Source of the DNA: an uncultured Rickettsiales bacterium
GTDB taxonomy: Bacteria > Myxococcota_A > UBA796 > UBA9615
Length of the DNA: 64,000 bases
Reading direction: 5' to 3'
Assembly: GCA_964416435.1 (NCBI GenBank)
Contig: CAYQEG010000013.1
Span: 1,924 to 65,923 of the forward strand
A program made the position numbers and the translations under genes. Positions 9,430 through 20,400 of this stretch are shown piece by piece; the stretch's first letter is position 1; each line of letters opens with the position of its first letter. The notes under the pieces are model-generated. The model saw only the letters and a program-made list of their open reading frames with translations, was not told the origin of the DNA and made no database searches.

Positions 9430-10224
9430 TCAAGCAACCAGCAGCAGCCCGGTCAACAACAGCAGGAAACACAGTCCGAAACAGATCCCCAGGCCGAGCC
9501 CCACCTTCCGCAGGTACTTTGGCGCCGGAGGCCGGACACACAGCGCCAGGGTGACGAGGGCCGGGCAGGCCACGGCGGCGAGCACGAGGGGGTGGAGCAG
9601 CCCCTGGGAGAGCGCGACGGCGGCCCCCGCGAGGCTGGCGAGGGCGATGATCGGGGCGACGATTCGGCCGACCACCACCCGCTCGCTCCGGGGCTGGTGG
9701 ATGACCGCGCGGACCGCGATGGTCGCCTCCGTGAAGCCGACGAACCAGACCGACGCCGCGATCAGGCCCAGGTCCACCCGGTCCGCCGCCGCGAGGATCG
9801 GCAGGACGTTGCCGGCGAACGCGAAGCCGGCGACGATCTCGCCCGGCGCCGTCTTCTCCTTGCCCTTGAGGGTGAACGGCAGGAGCGCGACCGCGCCGGC
9901 GACCGGAGCGAGCGCCCACAGGCGAGCGTCGGGCGACGCCACCGCCACGAACCCGGCGCCGAGGACGAGGCCGACGGCGAGCCGGAGCCCGAAGTTGCGC
10001 TTCGCGTGCCCTCCGTCGCGACGCTGGATGCGGGCGCCGCGCTGGCCGAGCAGGACCAGCAGAGGCTCGTGGGCCAGGAACAGCGCGATCGAAGCGGCCG
10101 CCCACAGCGCGCCCGGGAGGGTCGGCGTCACCGCGATCAGCCCGGTCATCAGCGGGAAGCCCAGGTTCCCCCACGCCCCGTGCTCCCGCGGCGCCATCGG
10201 CCGCTGCGACTTGCTGTCGGCCAT
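9430..10224 (-). CDS. YwiC-like membrane protein
   Basis: N-terminal PREHGAW motif and multiple TM helices. Confidence 0.75.
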   Translation of the reverse strand: MADSKSQRPMAPREHGAWGNLGFPLMTGLIAVTPTLPGALWAAASIALFLAHEPLLVLLGQRGARIQRRDGGHAKRNFGLRLAVGLVLGAGFVAVASPDARLWALAPVAGAVALLPFTLKGKEKTAPGEIVAGFAFAGNVLPILAAADRVDLGLIAASVWFVGFTEATIAVRAVIHQPRSERVVVGRIVAPIIALASLAGAAVALSQGLLHPLVLAAVACPALVTLALCVRPPAPKYLRKVGLGLGICFGLCFLLLLTGLLLVA

Positions 10225-10226
10225 CG

Positions 10227-11426
10227 TCAGCGCGCCCTCAACCCCGCCTGGATCTCCAGCCCCTTGCGGGCGTGGCACGCGTCCCCGACGAGGTCCAGGT
10301 AGAACTGGAAGGTCTCCTCGGAGCCGGCCAGGTTGGCCATCGCGTCGGGGGCGTAGACCCCCATCGCCTCCAGCCGGAACACCTGGGACAGCAGCCGCGC
10401 CTCGGCTTCGTCCAGGGCCCCGCGCTCGGCGGCGGTCGGCGTCCAGAGGCCGTCCCGCTCCGCCTTGCCCAGGCTCTCGAGCAGGTGCCCCAGGAACTTG
10501 ACGTCCTGGTTGACCAGGATCGGGGTCATGCGGGGGTACTGGGCGATCGTCGCGTCCACCAGCCGGGTCTCCAGGGGCAGGCGGTACAGGTACAGGTCGA
10601 CGACCGCGTCGACGCGAGCCGGGCTGTTGCCCGCCGCCGGCAGCCCCTCGGCGGCGCACGCGGCGGCCCCCTGGAACAGGTGGGCGCCGCCGCAGGTGAA
10701 GGCGAAGATGTCCTGCTTGCGCTTCTCCACGGTCTCCCCGGCGGCGATGGCGCGCCGGATGAAGAGCGTCTCCCGCTCCAGCGTGCCCAGCTGCGCAGCC
10801 GCGATCTCCTCCAGGGAGACCGAGCCCAGGGCCGACTCCCAGCCCGTCGCCCCGCCCCGCCCCGACGCCTGGCACCACGCCTGGATCGACCACGGCGCGT
10901 CGTTGGGTTCGCTGAGCAGGGACTTGCCGTCCTCCCGCCGCGGCTCGAACCGGGCCTGGGACGCCTCGAGCAGCGCCCGGAGCGTCGGCTTGCCCTCGGC
11001 CAGCGGCTCGTCCAGCGGCAGGCCGGCTTCGACGAACGCCTTGAGGATCAGGTCGGTGTGGGGTTCGACGCGGACATCCCCTCGCGTCTTGGGGAACGCC
11101 GGGCGGCCGTCCCGCTCCTCCAGGAAGTCGTGGACCAGCACGTCGACCGCCCGCCGGCCGTCGGTGGCCTCGAAGTCGGCCCCTCCGACCAGGATCCCGT
11201 GGGCGAGCGCCCAGGCGTTGCCGGGGTCCCCCGCTTCCCGGGCGATGACGGCGTCGAGCGTGGCGGTGGCGAGGCTGCGGGCGACCTCGAGCGACGGGGT
11301 GGTCGGCTCGGGCGTCGGCGTCGGGGCCGCGGCGGTGGTCGGCTCGGGGCTCGGCGTCGGCTCCGGCTCGGGCGAGGAGCAGGCCGACAGGGCGAGCACC
11401 CCCAGGAGCAGGAGCGCCCGCGTCAC
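10227..11426 (-). CDS. Hypothetical lipoprotein with Pro/Thr linker and His/Cys-rich helical domain
   Basis: Lipobox LSAC, PEPEPTPSPEPT linker, motifs AHGIL, EPHTD, FTCGGAH, GHLLE, ACHA. Confidence 0.7.
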   Translation of the reverse strand: MTRALLLLGVLALSACSSPEPEPTPSPEPTTAAAPTPTPEPTTPSLEVARSLATATLDAVIAREAGDPGNAWALAHGILVGGADFEATDGRRAVDVLVHDFLEERDGRPAFPKTRGDVRVEPHTDLILKAFVEAGLPLDEPLAEGKPTLRALLEASQARFEPRREDGKSLLSEPNDAPWSIQAWCQASGRGGATGWESALGSVSLEEIAAAQLGTLERETLFIRRAIAAGETVEKRKQDIFAFTCGGAHLFQGAAACAAEGLPAAGNSPARVDAVVDLYLYRLPLETRLVDATIAQYPRMTPILVNQDVKFLGHLLESLGKAERDGLWTPTAAERGALDEAEARLLSQVFRLEAMGVYAPDAMANLAGSEETFQFYLDLVGDACHARKGLEIQAGLRAR

Positions 11427-11429
11427 GCG

Positions 11430-13208
11430 TCAGTCCTCCTGGACGTGGCGCGCGATCTCGTGCTTGGCCGACACGTAGATCATCGTGTCGAAGACGGCGA
11501 TGCGGGGCATGTCGCGCGGGTTCTCGAAGATCTTGATCCGCTTGATGAACTTGCCGCGCTTGTTCCACTTGAAGACGTTGCCGGCGTCGGTGACGACGTA
11601 GACGTTGTCCTTCTCGTCGGTCGCCATGTCCCAGTCCTCCGAGCCGTCGTCGGGCACCGGCTTGTTCAGCCAGGAGCCCTGTCGGAAGCCGTCCTCCGGC
11701 TTGTACTCGGTGATCTCGTTGCTGCCGACGTGGCGCACCAGCAGCTTGCCGCCGGCCGCGATGACGCCGCACTGGACCGAGCCGCCCTCCAGCGTGTAGC
11801 GGGCCTTCTGCTCGCCCTCGGACGTGTAGACGAACACCTCGTCCTTGACCACGACGAAGAAGTCGTCGTCGTACCAGGTGATGAACGGGGTGCCGACGCC
11901 GGTGCCGGAGCTCGGCCGCCACGGGGTGTCGACCTTCCACTCCTTCTTGAAGACGCCTTCGCCGTCGAACAGCTGCACCCGCATGTCGGCGTCGATGACC
12001 ATCACGTAGTCGTAGTTGCCGACGCTGATGTGGACCGGCTGGGTGAACTCGCCGGCGACGCTCCCGGCGCCCGAGCCCGAGGCGTAGGGGGTGCCGCGGT
12101 CGCCGAACCAGGTCTCCACGATGCCGCGCTCGTCGTTGCCGATCATCAGGTCCGCGGTGCCCGCGGCGGTCAGCCGCTGGACGCGGTTGTTGCCGACGTC
12201 GGCGACCCAGATGTTGCCCTGGCTGTCGGTCGAGATGGAGATCGGCTCGCCCCGCCCCATGAAGGCGCCCTTCTCCATGCCCTCGCTGCCCCAGTTGGGG
12301 ATCACGGTGCGGGGGGTGCGGACCAGGTCCTGGTAGGCGCGGAAGAAGGCGACGGACTCCAGGAGCCACTCGCGGTCGGCGCTCTTGATCGCGCCGGCGG
12401 CGGCGATCTCCAGGTACTTGATCGCGTTGGCGTCCTTGAGGCGGCCGAGCAGCTCGATGGCGTCCTCGTCGAACTGGAGCAGCTTGAGCCGGTGACCCAC
12501 CGGCACGTGCTTGTTCACGAGCGCGACGAGGTACTCGGGGCCGTGGGCCGCGTACCAGCCGATGAGCTTGAAGTTCTTGGAGTAGTCCTCCTCGTCCCGG
12601 CAGAAGTCGTACGCGTCCTGGAGCTCCTCGGGGGCCTGGGTCGGCAGGTCGCGCAGGGAGCGGGACTTGGTGACCTCCTTGTCGATCGCCTCCCGCCACG
12701 CCGGGTCGGGCTTCTTCTTGAGGTCGAAGGCGATCTCGGCGATGTGGGTGTCCGCGTAGATCGCCCCCTCGTGGATGTCGTCCACGGTGATGCGCAGCTT
12801 GCGCACGGTCGCGTCGATCGACGTGTCCTTGCGCGCGAAGCGGTCTCCGAGCGAGACGGACTGCTCGACGGTCTGCTCGCCCGCGCTGTTCCAGCCGGCG
12901 ATCGACGCCTCCGAGACGCGGCCTCGGCCGTTCCAGTCCTCGCGACCGGCGAACGAGCCGCCCCAGATCGACAGCGTGCCGATCTCGACGTCCTCGCCCA
13001 GGTCGACCTCGATCCACTCGCCGACGCCGACGCCGGGGGCGTCCTCGGCCCACGACGTGTGCAGCAGGCCGTCGAAGACCTTGTCGGGACCGAAGACGTC
13101 GTCGCCCGACGTCTTGTGACTGCTCGAGCTGAACTTCGGCGCCGCCAGGGCAGCGTTGGGGACCAGCAGGGCGGCTGCCAGCAGGCAGGCGGACGTGTGC
13201 AATCTCAT
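11430..13208 (-). CDS. Secreted protein with discoidin-like N-terminal domain and NHL beta-propeller
   Basis: Signal peptide, then FDGLLHTSWAEDAPGVGVGEWIEVDL (discoidin/glycan-binding-like) and DSQGNIWVADVGNNRVQ, GEFTQPVHI (NHL repeats). Confidence 0.7.
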   Translation of the reverse strand: MRLHTSACLLAAALLVPNAALAAPKFSSSSHKTSGDDVFGPDKVFDGLLHTSWAEDAPGVGVGEWIEVDLGEDVEIGTLSIWGGSFAGREDWNGRGRVSEASIAGWNSAGEQTVEQSVSLGDRFARKDTSIDATVRKLRITVDDIHEGAIYADTHIAEIAFDLKKKPDPAWREAIDKEVTKSRSLRDLPTQAPEELQDAYDFCRDEEDYSKNFKLIGWYAAHGPEYLVALVNKHVPVGHRLKLLQFDEDAIELLGRLKDANAIKYLEIAAAGAIKSADREWLLESVAFFRAYQDLVRTPRTVIPNWGSEGMEKGAFMGRGEPISISTDSQGNIWVADVGNNRVQRLTAAGTADLMIGNDERGIVETWFGDRGTPYASGSGAGSVAGEFTQPVHISVGNYDYVMVIDADMRVQLFDGEGVFKKEWKVDTPWRPSSGTGVGTPFITWYDDDFFVVVKDEVFVYTSEGEQKARYTLEGGSVQCGVIAAGGKLLVRHVGSNEITEYKPEDGFRQGSWLNKPVPDDGSEDWDMATDEKDNVYVVTDAGNVFKWNKRGKFIKRIKIFENPRDMPRIAVFDTMIYVSAKHEIARHVQED

Positions 13209-13296
13209 CGCATCTCCTCGACCGAGTGAGACCGGATACAGGGGTTCGGGGGGCTCACGCAAGCCCGGACATCGCTTCTCCGGGCCGCAGCGTCCG

Positions 13297-14478
13297 CTAA
13301 GGGCAGTCGCCGTTGGCGTCGACGTCCTTCTGCGACCACTCGATGAGGGTCAGCCCCGGCACCAGCTCCGCCTGCAGATCGATCAGGTTGAAGATGATGC
13401 ACTGCTGGCTGGACGGGTCGTGGGGGCAGGTGATGCAGGTCAGGCCGGGCACGAGCAGCCCGAGCTGGTCGCACACGTCGCCGAGGCCGGCGTCCCGCAC
13501 GTCCACGGTGGCGTCGAAGGTGCCCTCGACGACGAGGTCGACGGCCGAGCCGTCCGAGGACGCGAACACGCCGCTCACCGCGACGTCGCGGAACAGCACA
13601 TCGAGCACGCCGAAGCCGGGGATGTCCAGGGTCTGCGGGATGTCCGCGGGGCCGGCCTGGAAGTAGGGGTCGGCCCACACGGCGGGCTGCTTCTCGTTCA
13701 GGTTGATCGACGGGCTGCAGAAGTCCTGCTCCGGCGGGGCGGTGTCGGCGGCGGCGATGCCGGCGAGGAACGAGATCTCGGTGTCCGTCTGCGCGGTGAC
13801 CGTCTGCAGGAAGGTGGCGTTGAACTGGCCCAGCAGCGCGTCGCCGCCGGCCGGCGCGACCACGGTGCCGGAGGTCAGGTCGTACGCGTACGTGTTGCCG
13901 ACCAGGTCGGCGTCGACCGGCTCGGAGCCGACGTCGGACGTGGAGAAGGACCAGGTGTGGGTCTGCGGGTCGGCGTCGTTCCAGACCACCGTGGCGGTGT
14001 AGCTGGCGCCCATCTCCCAGCCGCCGGTCGCCTCGAACGCCAGGCGCGTCTGGGTCAGCCAGATCGCCTCGCCGTCGACCGGGCCGGTCGGGTCGCCCGG
14101 GTCACCCGAGTCGTCGTCGTCGCCCGAGTCGTCGTCATCGCCCGCTGCGGCGGTCAGCTCGACGGTGAGGTCGGCGTCGGCGGCGGGCAGGTCGAAGTCG
14201 ACCCAGATGCGCTCGTTGACGTAGTGGTCGTCGGCGCCGTCCAGCGGGTGGTTGCCGAGGACCGTGGCGACTTCGTCGACGGCGTCGTCGTCGTCCGTCG
14301 CGTCATCGTCGTCCGTGGCGTCGTCGTCGTCGTCATCGACCGGGGGGGTGACGTCGTCGTCGTCGTCAGCGCCGGAGTCGTCGTCGTCGAGGTTGCCCCC
14401 GTCGTCGGGGCAGCCGGCGAGGAGGAGCAGCCCGGACAGGCCGAGGAGCGCGAGGAGAATCTGAAGCGTGCGGGTCAT
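13297..14478 (-). CDS. Acidic lipoprotein with poly-Asp tracts and Ig-like domain
   Basis: Lipobox LAGC followed by DDDDS/DDDDA repeats, Ig-like segment ending WSFSTSDVG, Cys-rich C-terminus. Confidence 0.75.
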   Translation of the reverse strand: MTRTLQILLALLGLSGLLLLAGCPDDGGNLDDDDSGADDDDDVTPPVDDDDDDATDDDDATDDDDAVDEVATVLGNHPLDGADDHYVNERIWVDFDLPAADADLTVELTAAAGDDDDSGDDDDSGDPGDPTGPVDGEAIWLTQTRLAFEATGGWEMGASYTATVVWNDADPQTHTWSFSTSDVGSEPVDADLVGNTYAYDLTSGTVVAPAGGDALLGQFNATFLQTVTAQTDTEISFLAGIAAADTAPPEQDFCSPSINLNEKQPAVWADPYFQAGPADIPQTLDIPGFGVLDVLFRDVAVSGVFASSDGSAVDLVVEGTFDATVDVRDAGLGDVCDQLGLLVPGLTCITCPHDPSSQQCIIFNLIDLQAELVPGLTLIEWSQKDVDANGDCP

Positions 14479-14556
14479 TCGAACAGGGCCCTCCGGCAAA
14501 AAGATTCGGGACCTTATCACAGCGATCTGGCGGCCCATCGGGGCGCAGAACGGCCC

Positions 14557-15712
<1,156 letters not shown>

Positions 15713-15752
15713 AGCCGCGGATGCTAGCAGCCGCGACTGCTACCATCGGCGC

Positions 15753-16709
15753 GTGAGGCTGCCGACCCTCTGCGCGCTGCTCCCCCTGCTGCTGCTCGCG
15801 GCGTGCGACGACTACTACGACTCCGAGGGGGAGGTCGTCGGCCCCGGCTGCGACGCCCAGCGGATCGAGCAGCTCCGCCCCCGCAACGACGACACCTCGG
15901 CGTACGTCGACGGCTACGTGTTCGCGGAGCTCGCCTGCCCCGCCCGCAATGGCGTGCTGACGGTGCGCGGCCTGGACGGCTCACCCGCCCAGGGGCTCGT
16001 CAACCTGCACCACGGGGGCCGCCAGCTGCGGTTCCGCCCCAACCCGCCCCTGGACACGGAGACCACCTACCAGGTGCGGCTGGACACCGCGGACGGGTTC
16101 CGGGAGTGGCGGTTCCGGACCAGCGACGTGGGCGAGCCCACCGGCTCGGACGTGGCCGGCGTCGCCCTCGCGATCCTGGCGAACCAGGCCGCCGTGCTCG
16201 ACCCCCCGGGCTTCGAGACGATCCTCCTGGACGCGTTCGACGATCTCCACCCCGTGGTCCAGTTCATGGGCAACGCGTCGGGCGGCACGGTCCCGGTGCG
16301 GCTGGGCGGCTACCTGCCCCAGGAGGAGGGGGACCCCCAGGACGTCAGCCAGGTGGTGGTCGACGCGTCGGCGAACTGGGACGACCCGTTCTTCCGGTTC
16401 GGCCCCGCCGACCTGACCTGGGAGTTCGTCGGCTGGACGATGGTGCTCGAGGACGCGGTCTGGACCGGCGCCATCGCCTCGGACCGCCTCGGCGGCGGCG
16501 GCGGCGCGCTGCAGGCGCTGTGGGACACCCGCCCCGCCGACGAGGCGCTGGGCACGGGTCCGGGTTCGCTGTGCGCGATCTCGGCCGAGTCCGGGGACAT
16601 CCCCTGCGAGGCCTGCGCCGACGGCGCCCCCGCCTGCCTGCCGCTGCACGTCGTGCACATGCCGGCCAACCCCTGGTACGGCACGCTGGAGGCGCCGGTC
16701 GCGGAGTAG
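15753..16709 (+). CDS. Lipoprotein with Ig-like domain, paralogue of 13297..14478
   Basis: Lipobox LAAC. Shares WRFRTSDVGEP / WSFSTSDVGSEP and WDDPFFRFGPAD / WADPYFQAGPAD motifs and a C-terminal Cys cluster with the paralogue. Confidence 0.75.
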   Translation: MRLPTLCALLPLLLLAACDDYYDSEGEVVGPGCDAQRIEQLRPRNDDTSAYVDGYVFAELACPARNGVLTVRGLDGSPAQGLVNLHHGGRQLRFRPNPPLDTETTYQVRLDTADGFREWRFRTSDVGEPTGSDVAGVALAILANQAAVLDPPGFETILLDAFDDLHPVVQFMGNASGGTVPVRLGGYLPQEEGDPQDVSQVVVDASANWDDPFFRFGPADLTWEFVGWTMVLEDAVWTGAIASDRLGGGGGALQALWDTRPADEALGTGPGSLCAISAESGDIPCEACADGAPACLPLHVVHMPANPWYGTLEAPVAE

Positions 16710-16735
16710 GCGATCTGCCGCGCGCCCGGCGCGCA

Positions 16736-16749
16736 TTGACATCGGTCAA
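16736..16749. promoter_or_regulatory. FNR/Crp-type binding site TTGAC-N4-GTCAA
   Basis: Palindrome gcaTTGAC-atcg-GTCAAtgc about 110 bp upstream of the acyl-CoA dehydrogenase operon, whose last gene is a Crp/Fnr regulator. Confidence 0.75.
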
Positions 16750-16857
16750 TGCCCATCCGACACATCTCAATTCGGCCCTTGCGGCCCTTCAAGGTCGCCC
16801 GCCCGGGCCGCTTCTACGCTCCCCACACCGTCCGACCCGGACCGGAGGAGCCCACCG

Positions 16858-18288
16858 ATGGCGATCGACTTTCAGCTGACCCCCGAACAGAGAGTGCTCA
16901 TGAGCTCTGCGCGGGACTTCTCCCAGAACATCCTCAAGCCGCTCGTCGCGCTGGCGGACGCGGAGCCGGATCCGCAGAAGGGGTTCCAGACCATCAAGCC
17001 GGCGTACCAGGAGGCCTACAAGCTCGGCTACGCGATGTGCATGCTCCCGAAGGAGTACGGCGGCGCCGGGATCAGCAACGTCGACCTGAACCTGTTCGCC
17101 GAAGAGCTGTGCGTCGTCGACCCCGGCTTCGCGTGCGTGGTGCTGGTCAACGGCCTCGCCCTCATGCCCCTGCTCTGGTACGGCTCCGAGGAGCAGAAGA
17201 AGCGCTTCTTCGGCATGGCGACGTCCGACCCGACCGGCGAGTTCATCTGCGGCTGGGTCGTCTCCGAGCCGGCCGGCAAGCCGGGGGGCACCGCCAACTT
17301 CGACCACCCCGACCCCCACCCGGTCGGGATCGGGGTGACCGCGACCTACGACGCCGGCACGGACGAGTACGTGCTCAACGGCCGGAAGTACTGGCCGAGC
17401 AGCGCCGGCGGCTGGGACCTGAAGGGCGCCAACCTCAACACCGTGGTCGTGCGGCACGACCCGAAGCAGGGTGGCATCCAGGGGCTGTCCGCGATCATGC
17501 TGGAGCGCGGCACGCCCGGCGTCTGCTACGAGCAGCCCATCGACAAGATCGGCCACCGACTCAACCAGAACAACCACATCCGGTTCGAGGACTGCCGCGT
17601 GCCCGCCGCGAACATGTTCGCTCACGGCAAGGGCGACCTGATCATCAGCAAGGCGTTCACGTGGTCCGGGCCGGTCGCCGGCATCGCCGCGGTCGCCCAG
17701 GCGCGGGCGGCGTACGAGTACGTGTTGGACTGGTCCAAGACCTACACCGGCGCCGGGCGTGTGCCGATCATCAACCACCAGGCGCCCGGCTACATGCTGG
17801 TCGACGCCGCGATGAGCATCGAGGCCGGCCGCTACCTGTGCTGGAAGGCGGCCCACTACCTCGACATGTACGACAACGAGGGGCACGCCATCGCGGCGAT
17901 GAGCAAGGTGCACTGCACCGAGGCGATGTTCCAGACCGTCTACAAGTGCATGCAGGTGATGGGGATCAACTCGGCCGACCGGGTGCATCCCCTGGAGAAG
18001 TACCTGCGCGAGGCGGCCATCCTGCCGATCTACGACGCCGGCAACATCGGCATGCAGCGACGAAAGATCTGGGGCGTCATGGCCGACGCGGACTTCGATC
18101 CCCTGGCCCTCCTGAACAGCGAGCCGATGCCGTTCAAGAAGTCCATGGAGGGCATCGGCACGAACCCGACGCGGGAGGACGTGACGGCGCTGTCCGACCG
18201 CGTCTTCGCGCAGGAGGAGGCCGAGCGGGCGACCGCCGCGGGCGTGCCCACCAACGGCGGCGGCGCGGCGGTCCGACCCGGGGCGTGA
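16858..18288 (+). CDS. Acyl-CoA dehydrogenase family flavoprotein, nitroalkane oxidase-like subgroup
   Basis: ACAD fold motifs (LPKEYGGAG, SEP, LNGRKYW, IINHQ, HPLEKYLRE). NAO-like signatures GTANF, KYWPSSAGGWDLKGA and PIYDAGNIGMQRR (Asp at the catalytic-base position). GGAGG RBS. Confidence 0.85.
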   Translation: MAIDFQLTPEQRVLMSSARDFSQNILKPLVALADAEPDPQKGFQTIKPAYQEAYKLGYAMCMLPKEYGGAGISNVDLNLFAEELCVVDPGFACVVLVNGLALMPLLWYGSEEQKKRFFGMATSDPTGEFICGWVVSEPAGKPGGTANFDHPDPHPVGIGVTATYDAGTDEYVLNGRKYWPSSAGGWDLKGANLNTVVVRHDPKQGGIQGLSAIMLERGTPGVCYEQPIDKIGHRLNQNNHIRFEDCRVPAANMFAHGKGDLIISKAFTWSGPVAGIAAVAQARAAYEYVLDWSKTYTGAGRVPIINHQAPGYMLVDAAMSIEAGRYLCWKAAHYLDMYDNEGHAIAAMSKVHCTEAMFQTVYKCMQVMGINSADRVHPLEKYLREAAILPIYDAGNIGMQRRKIWGVMADADFDPLALLNSEPMPFKKSMEGIGTNPTREDVTALSDRVFAQEEAERATAAGVPTNGGGAAVRPGA

Positions 18289-18301
18289 GCCCCCCAGGGC
18301 G

Positions 18302-18586
18302 ATGAACGAGCCGGTCTTCCACCCCCTGGACGGACGCCAGGACTGCCTCGCCTGCCACGGCGGAGGGGCGTCCGGCGCGCCGACCCTGCCGTCGAGCCAC
18401 GACGACATGACCAGCGCGACCTGCCTGACCTGCCACCCGCCCGCGCTGCCGGCGGCCGGCGTCGTCTACTGGGGGGCGCTGCCGTTCGTCCTGGTGTTCG
18501 TCGTCGGGGTCGCGCGGCTGACCGCCCGACCCGCCCGCCGGGCGGCCCGTCGACGCGCTGCGACGCCGCCCAGGGCCCGGGCTTGA
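18302..18586 (+). CDS. Small membrane-anchored diheme cytochrome c-like protein (possibly the frameshifted N-terminus of the next gene)
   Basis: Two CxxCH motifs (CLACH, CLTCH), each preceded by a His, then a TM helix. Confidence 0.65.
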   Translation: MNEPVFHPLDGRQDCLACHGGGASGAPTLPSSHDDMTSATCLTCHPPALPAAGVVYWGALPFVLVFVVGVARLTARPARRAARRRAATPPRARA

Positions 18587-20400
18587 CGCGCGCCTTCCTG
18601 CTGCGCGACGGCCTGCTCCAGCGTCGGCTCCTCCGCGGGGGGGACGCCGGCGGGGCGCTGCACGCGCTGCTCGTCACCTCGGTCGGCGTGCTCGCGATCG
18701 GCTCCGCCGCGGCGCAGCTCGACAACCGGGTCCTCAAGCCCCTGGGGCTCCACCTCCGGCCGCCGACCGGCTGGGACGTGCTCCAGTGCGCCCTCGACGT
18801 CGCGGGCCTGACGCTCGTGCTCGCCGCCGGGGGGCTGCTGTGGCGGCGGCTCGTGCGCCCGCCTCCCCGGCTTCCGCGCAGACCCCAGGCGGTCGTGATC
18901 CTGGTGGCGCTGATGCTCGTCGGGCTGAGCGGGTTCGCGCTCGAAGGGCTTCGCATGGCCCAGGAGGCGGGGACCCAACAGCGGTGGGCGTTCGTCGGCC
19001 GGGCGGTCGCCGCGGCGGTCCCGGCGACCTCGCCGACCGGCGCCGCCGAGCTGACCGCCTGGCGGGTCGTTCTGTTCGGCCACGCGGCCCTGGCCCTGGG
19101 CCTGCTCGCCGCCGTGCCCTGGACCGTCCTGCGCCACTCGATCGCGGCCCCCCTGCACCTCGCGCGGCTCGACGGGGCCCAGCCCGGGCCGCTGACGACG
19201 CCGTTCCAGCTGCGGGAGCTCATCGAGAGCGGCGAGTTCGACGCCCGGTGCGGCATCGCCGCGGTCGAGGACCTCTCGGGCCGACGCACCGAGCTGCACG
19301 CCTGCGCGTCCTGTGGACGCTGCGACGCCGCCTGTCCGGCGGTCGCGGCCGGCGCCGTGCTGTCGCCACGGGACGTGGTGGGGCGGCTCGCCGACTGGGC
19401 GGGAGGCGGGCCCGACCCGTCCCACCCGGACGCCGCGTGGGCTTGCCTGCAGTGCGGGGCGTGCACCGAGGCCTGCCCGAACCGGCTGGCCCCCCACGAG
19501 CTCATCGCCGAGCTGCGGCGCGGGCTGGTGCTCAGGGGTGCGCTGGCGCCCGGCCCGGGCCGCGTGCTCGCCAACGTCGCCCGCAGCGGCAGCCCCTACG
19601 GACAGCCTCGGTGGGCGCGGGCGGAGCTGCCCGCGGAGCTGGGGCTGCCGACGGTCGCCGAGGCGCCCGACGCCGACTGGGTCTACTGGCTGGGCTGCGC
19701 AGCCACCTACGACGCGCGGGTGCGGCGCGTCGTCGTCGCGACGGTCGAGCTGCTGCGCCGCGCCGGCCTCAGCGTCGCGGTGCTCGGCGAACGGGAGTGC
19801 TGCACAGGCGACCCGGCCCGCCGGGTCGGCGACGAGGCGAGGTTCCAGGAGTCCGCCCTGGGCAACCTCGCCGCGTTCGCGGCCGCCGGCGTGAGCCACG
19901 TGGTGACCCACTGCCCCCATTGTCTGCACTCGATGCGGGGGGAGTACCCGGCGCTCGGCGAGCCGGTCGCGGAGATCCTGCACCACAGCGAGCTCCTGGC
20001 CCGCCTCGTCGCCGACGGCCGCCTCGAGGTGAGCGCAAGCGGCGAGGCGGCCGTCGCCTTCCACGACCCCTGCTACCTGGCCCGCTTCCAGGGCACGACC
20101 GCAGCGCCGCGGGTGCTCCTCGACGCGGCAGGGGTGACCGCGGAGGAGCTCGCGGACAGCCACCGGGCGACCCGCTGCTGCGGCGCGGGGGGGCCGTCGT
20201 ACTGGTTCGACACGGAGCGGCCGACGGGCGTCGCCGCCGCGAGGCTCGCCCAGGCGGACGCCGCGGGGGTGGGGACCGTGATCACCGGCTGTCCCTTCTG
20301 CCTCAAGATGCTGGAGCAGGAGGCGATCACCCAGGCTGGCGACGTCGCCTCCATCGAGGTGATGGACGTAGCGGAGCTGCTGCTAGGGCCGACGCCGTGA
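18583..20400 (+). CDS. FadF/HdrD-like membrane Fe-S oxidoreductase (ETF:quinone oxidoreductase type)
   Basis: TM helices with His (ALHALL, FGHAAL), two ferredoxin motifs CASCGRCDAACP and CLQCGACTEACP, two CCG domains (YWLGC, ECCTGD, CPHC, FHDPCYL, CCGAGG, GCPFC). Confidence 0.88.
   Translation: MTRAFLLRDGLLQRRLLRGGDAGGALHALLVTSVGVLAIGSAAAQLDNRVLKPLGLHLRPPTGWDVLQCALDVAGLTLVLAAGGLLWRRLVRPPPRLPRRPQAVVILVALMLVGLSGFALEGLRMAQEAGTQQRWAFVGRAVAAAVPATSPTGAAELTAWRVVLFGHAALALGLLAAVPWTVLRHSIAAPLHLARLDGAQPGPLTTPFQLRELIESGEFDARCGIAAVEDLSGRRTELHACASCGRCDAACPAVAAGAVLSPRDVVGRLADWAGGGPDPSHPDAAWACLQCGACTEACPNRLAPHELIAELRRGLVLRGALAPGPGRVLANVARSGSPYGQPRWARAELPAELGLPTVAEAPDADWVYWLGCAATYDARVRRVVVATVELLRRAGLSVAVLGERECCTGDPARRVGDEARFQESALGNLAAFAAAGVSHVVTHCPHCLHSMRGEYPALGEPVAEILHHSELLARLVADGRLEVSASGEAAVAFHDPCYLARFQGTTAAPRVLLDAAGVTAEELADSHRATRCCGAGGPSYWFDTERPTGVAAARLAQADAAGVGTVITGCPFCLKMLEQEAITQAGDVASIEVMDVAELLLGPTP

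Noticed and set aside
10272..13229. Long plus-strand ORFs (also 38646..41963, 42353..45877, 3224..5239 and similar)
   Set aside because: These are antisense shadows of genuine genes, caused by high GC3 and scarcity of stop codons. They have no protein motifs.
14110..14400. GTC/GAC-rich tandem repeats as a DNA-level element
   Set aside because: Fully explained by poly-Asp coding in the lipoprotein.
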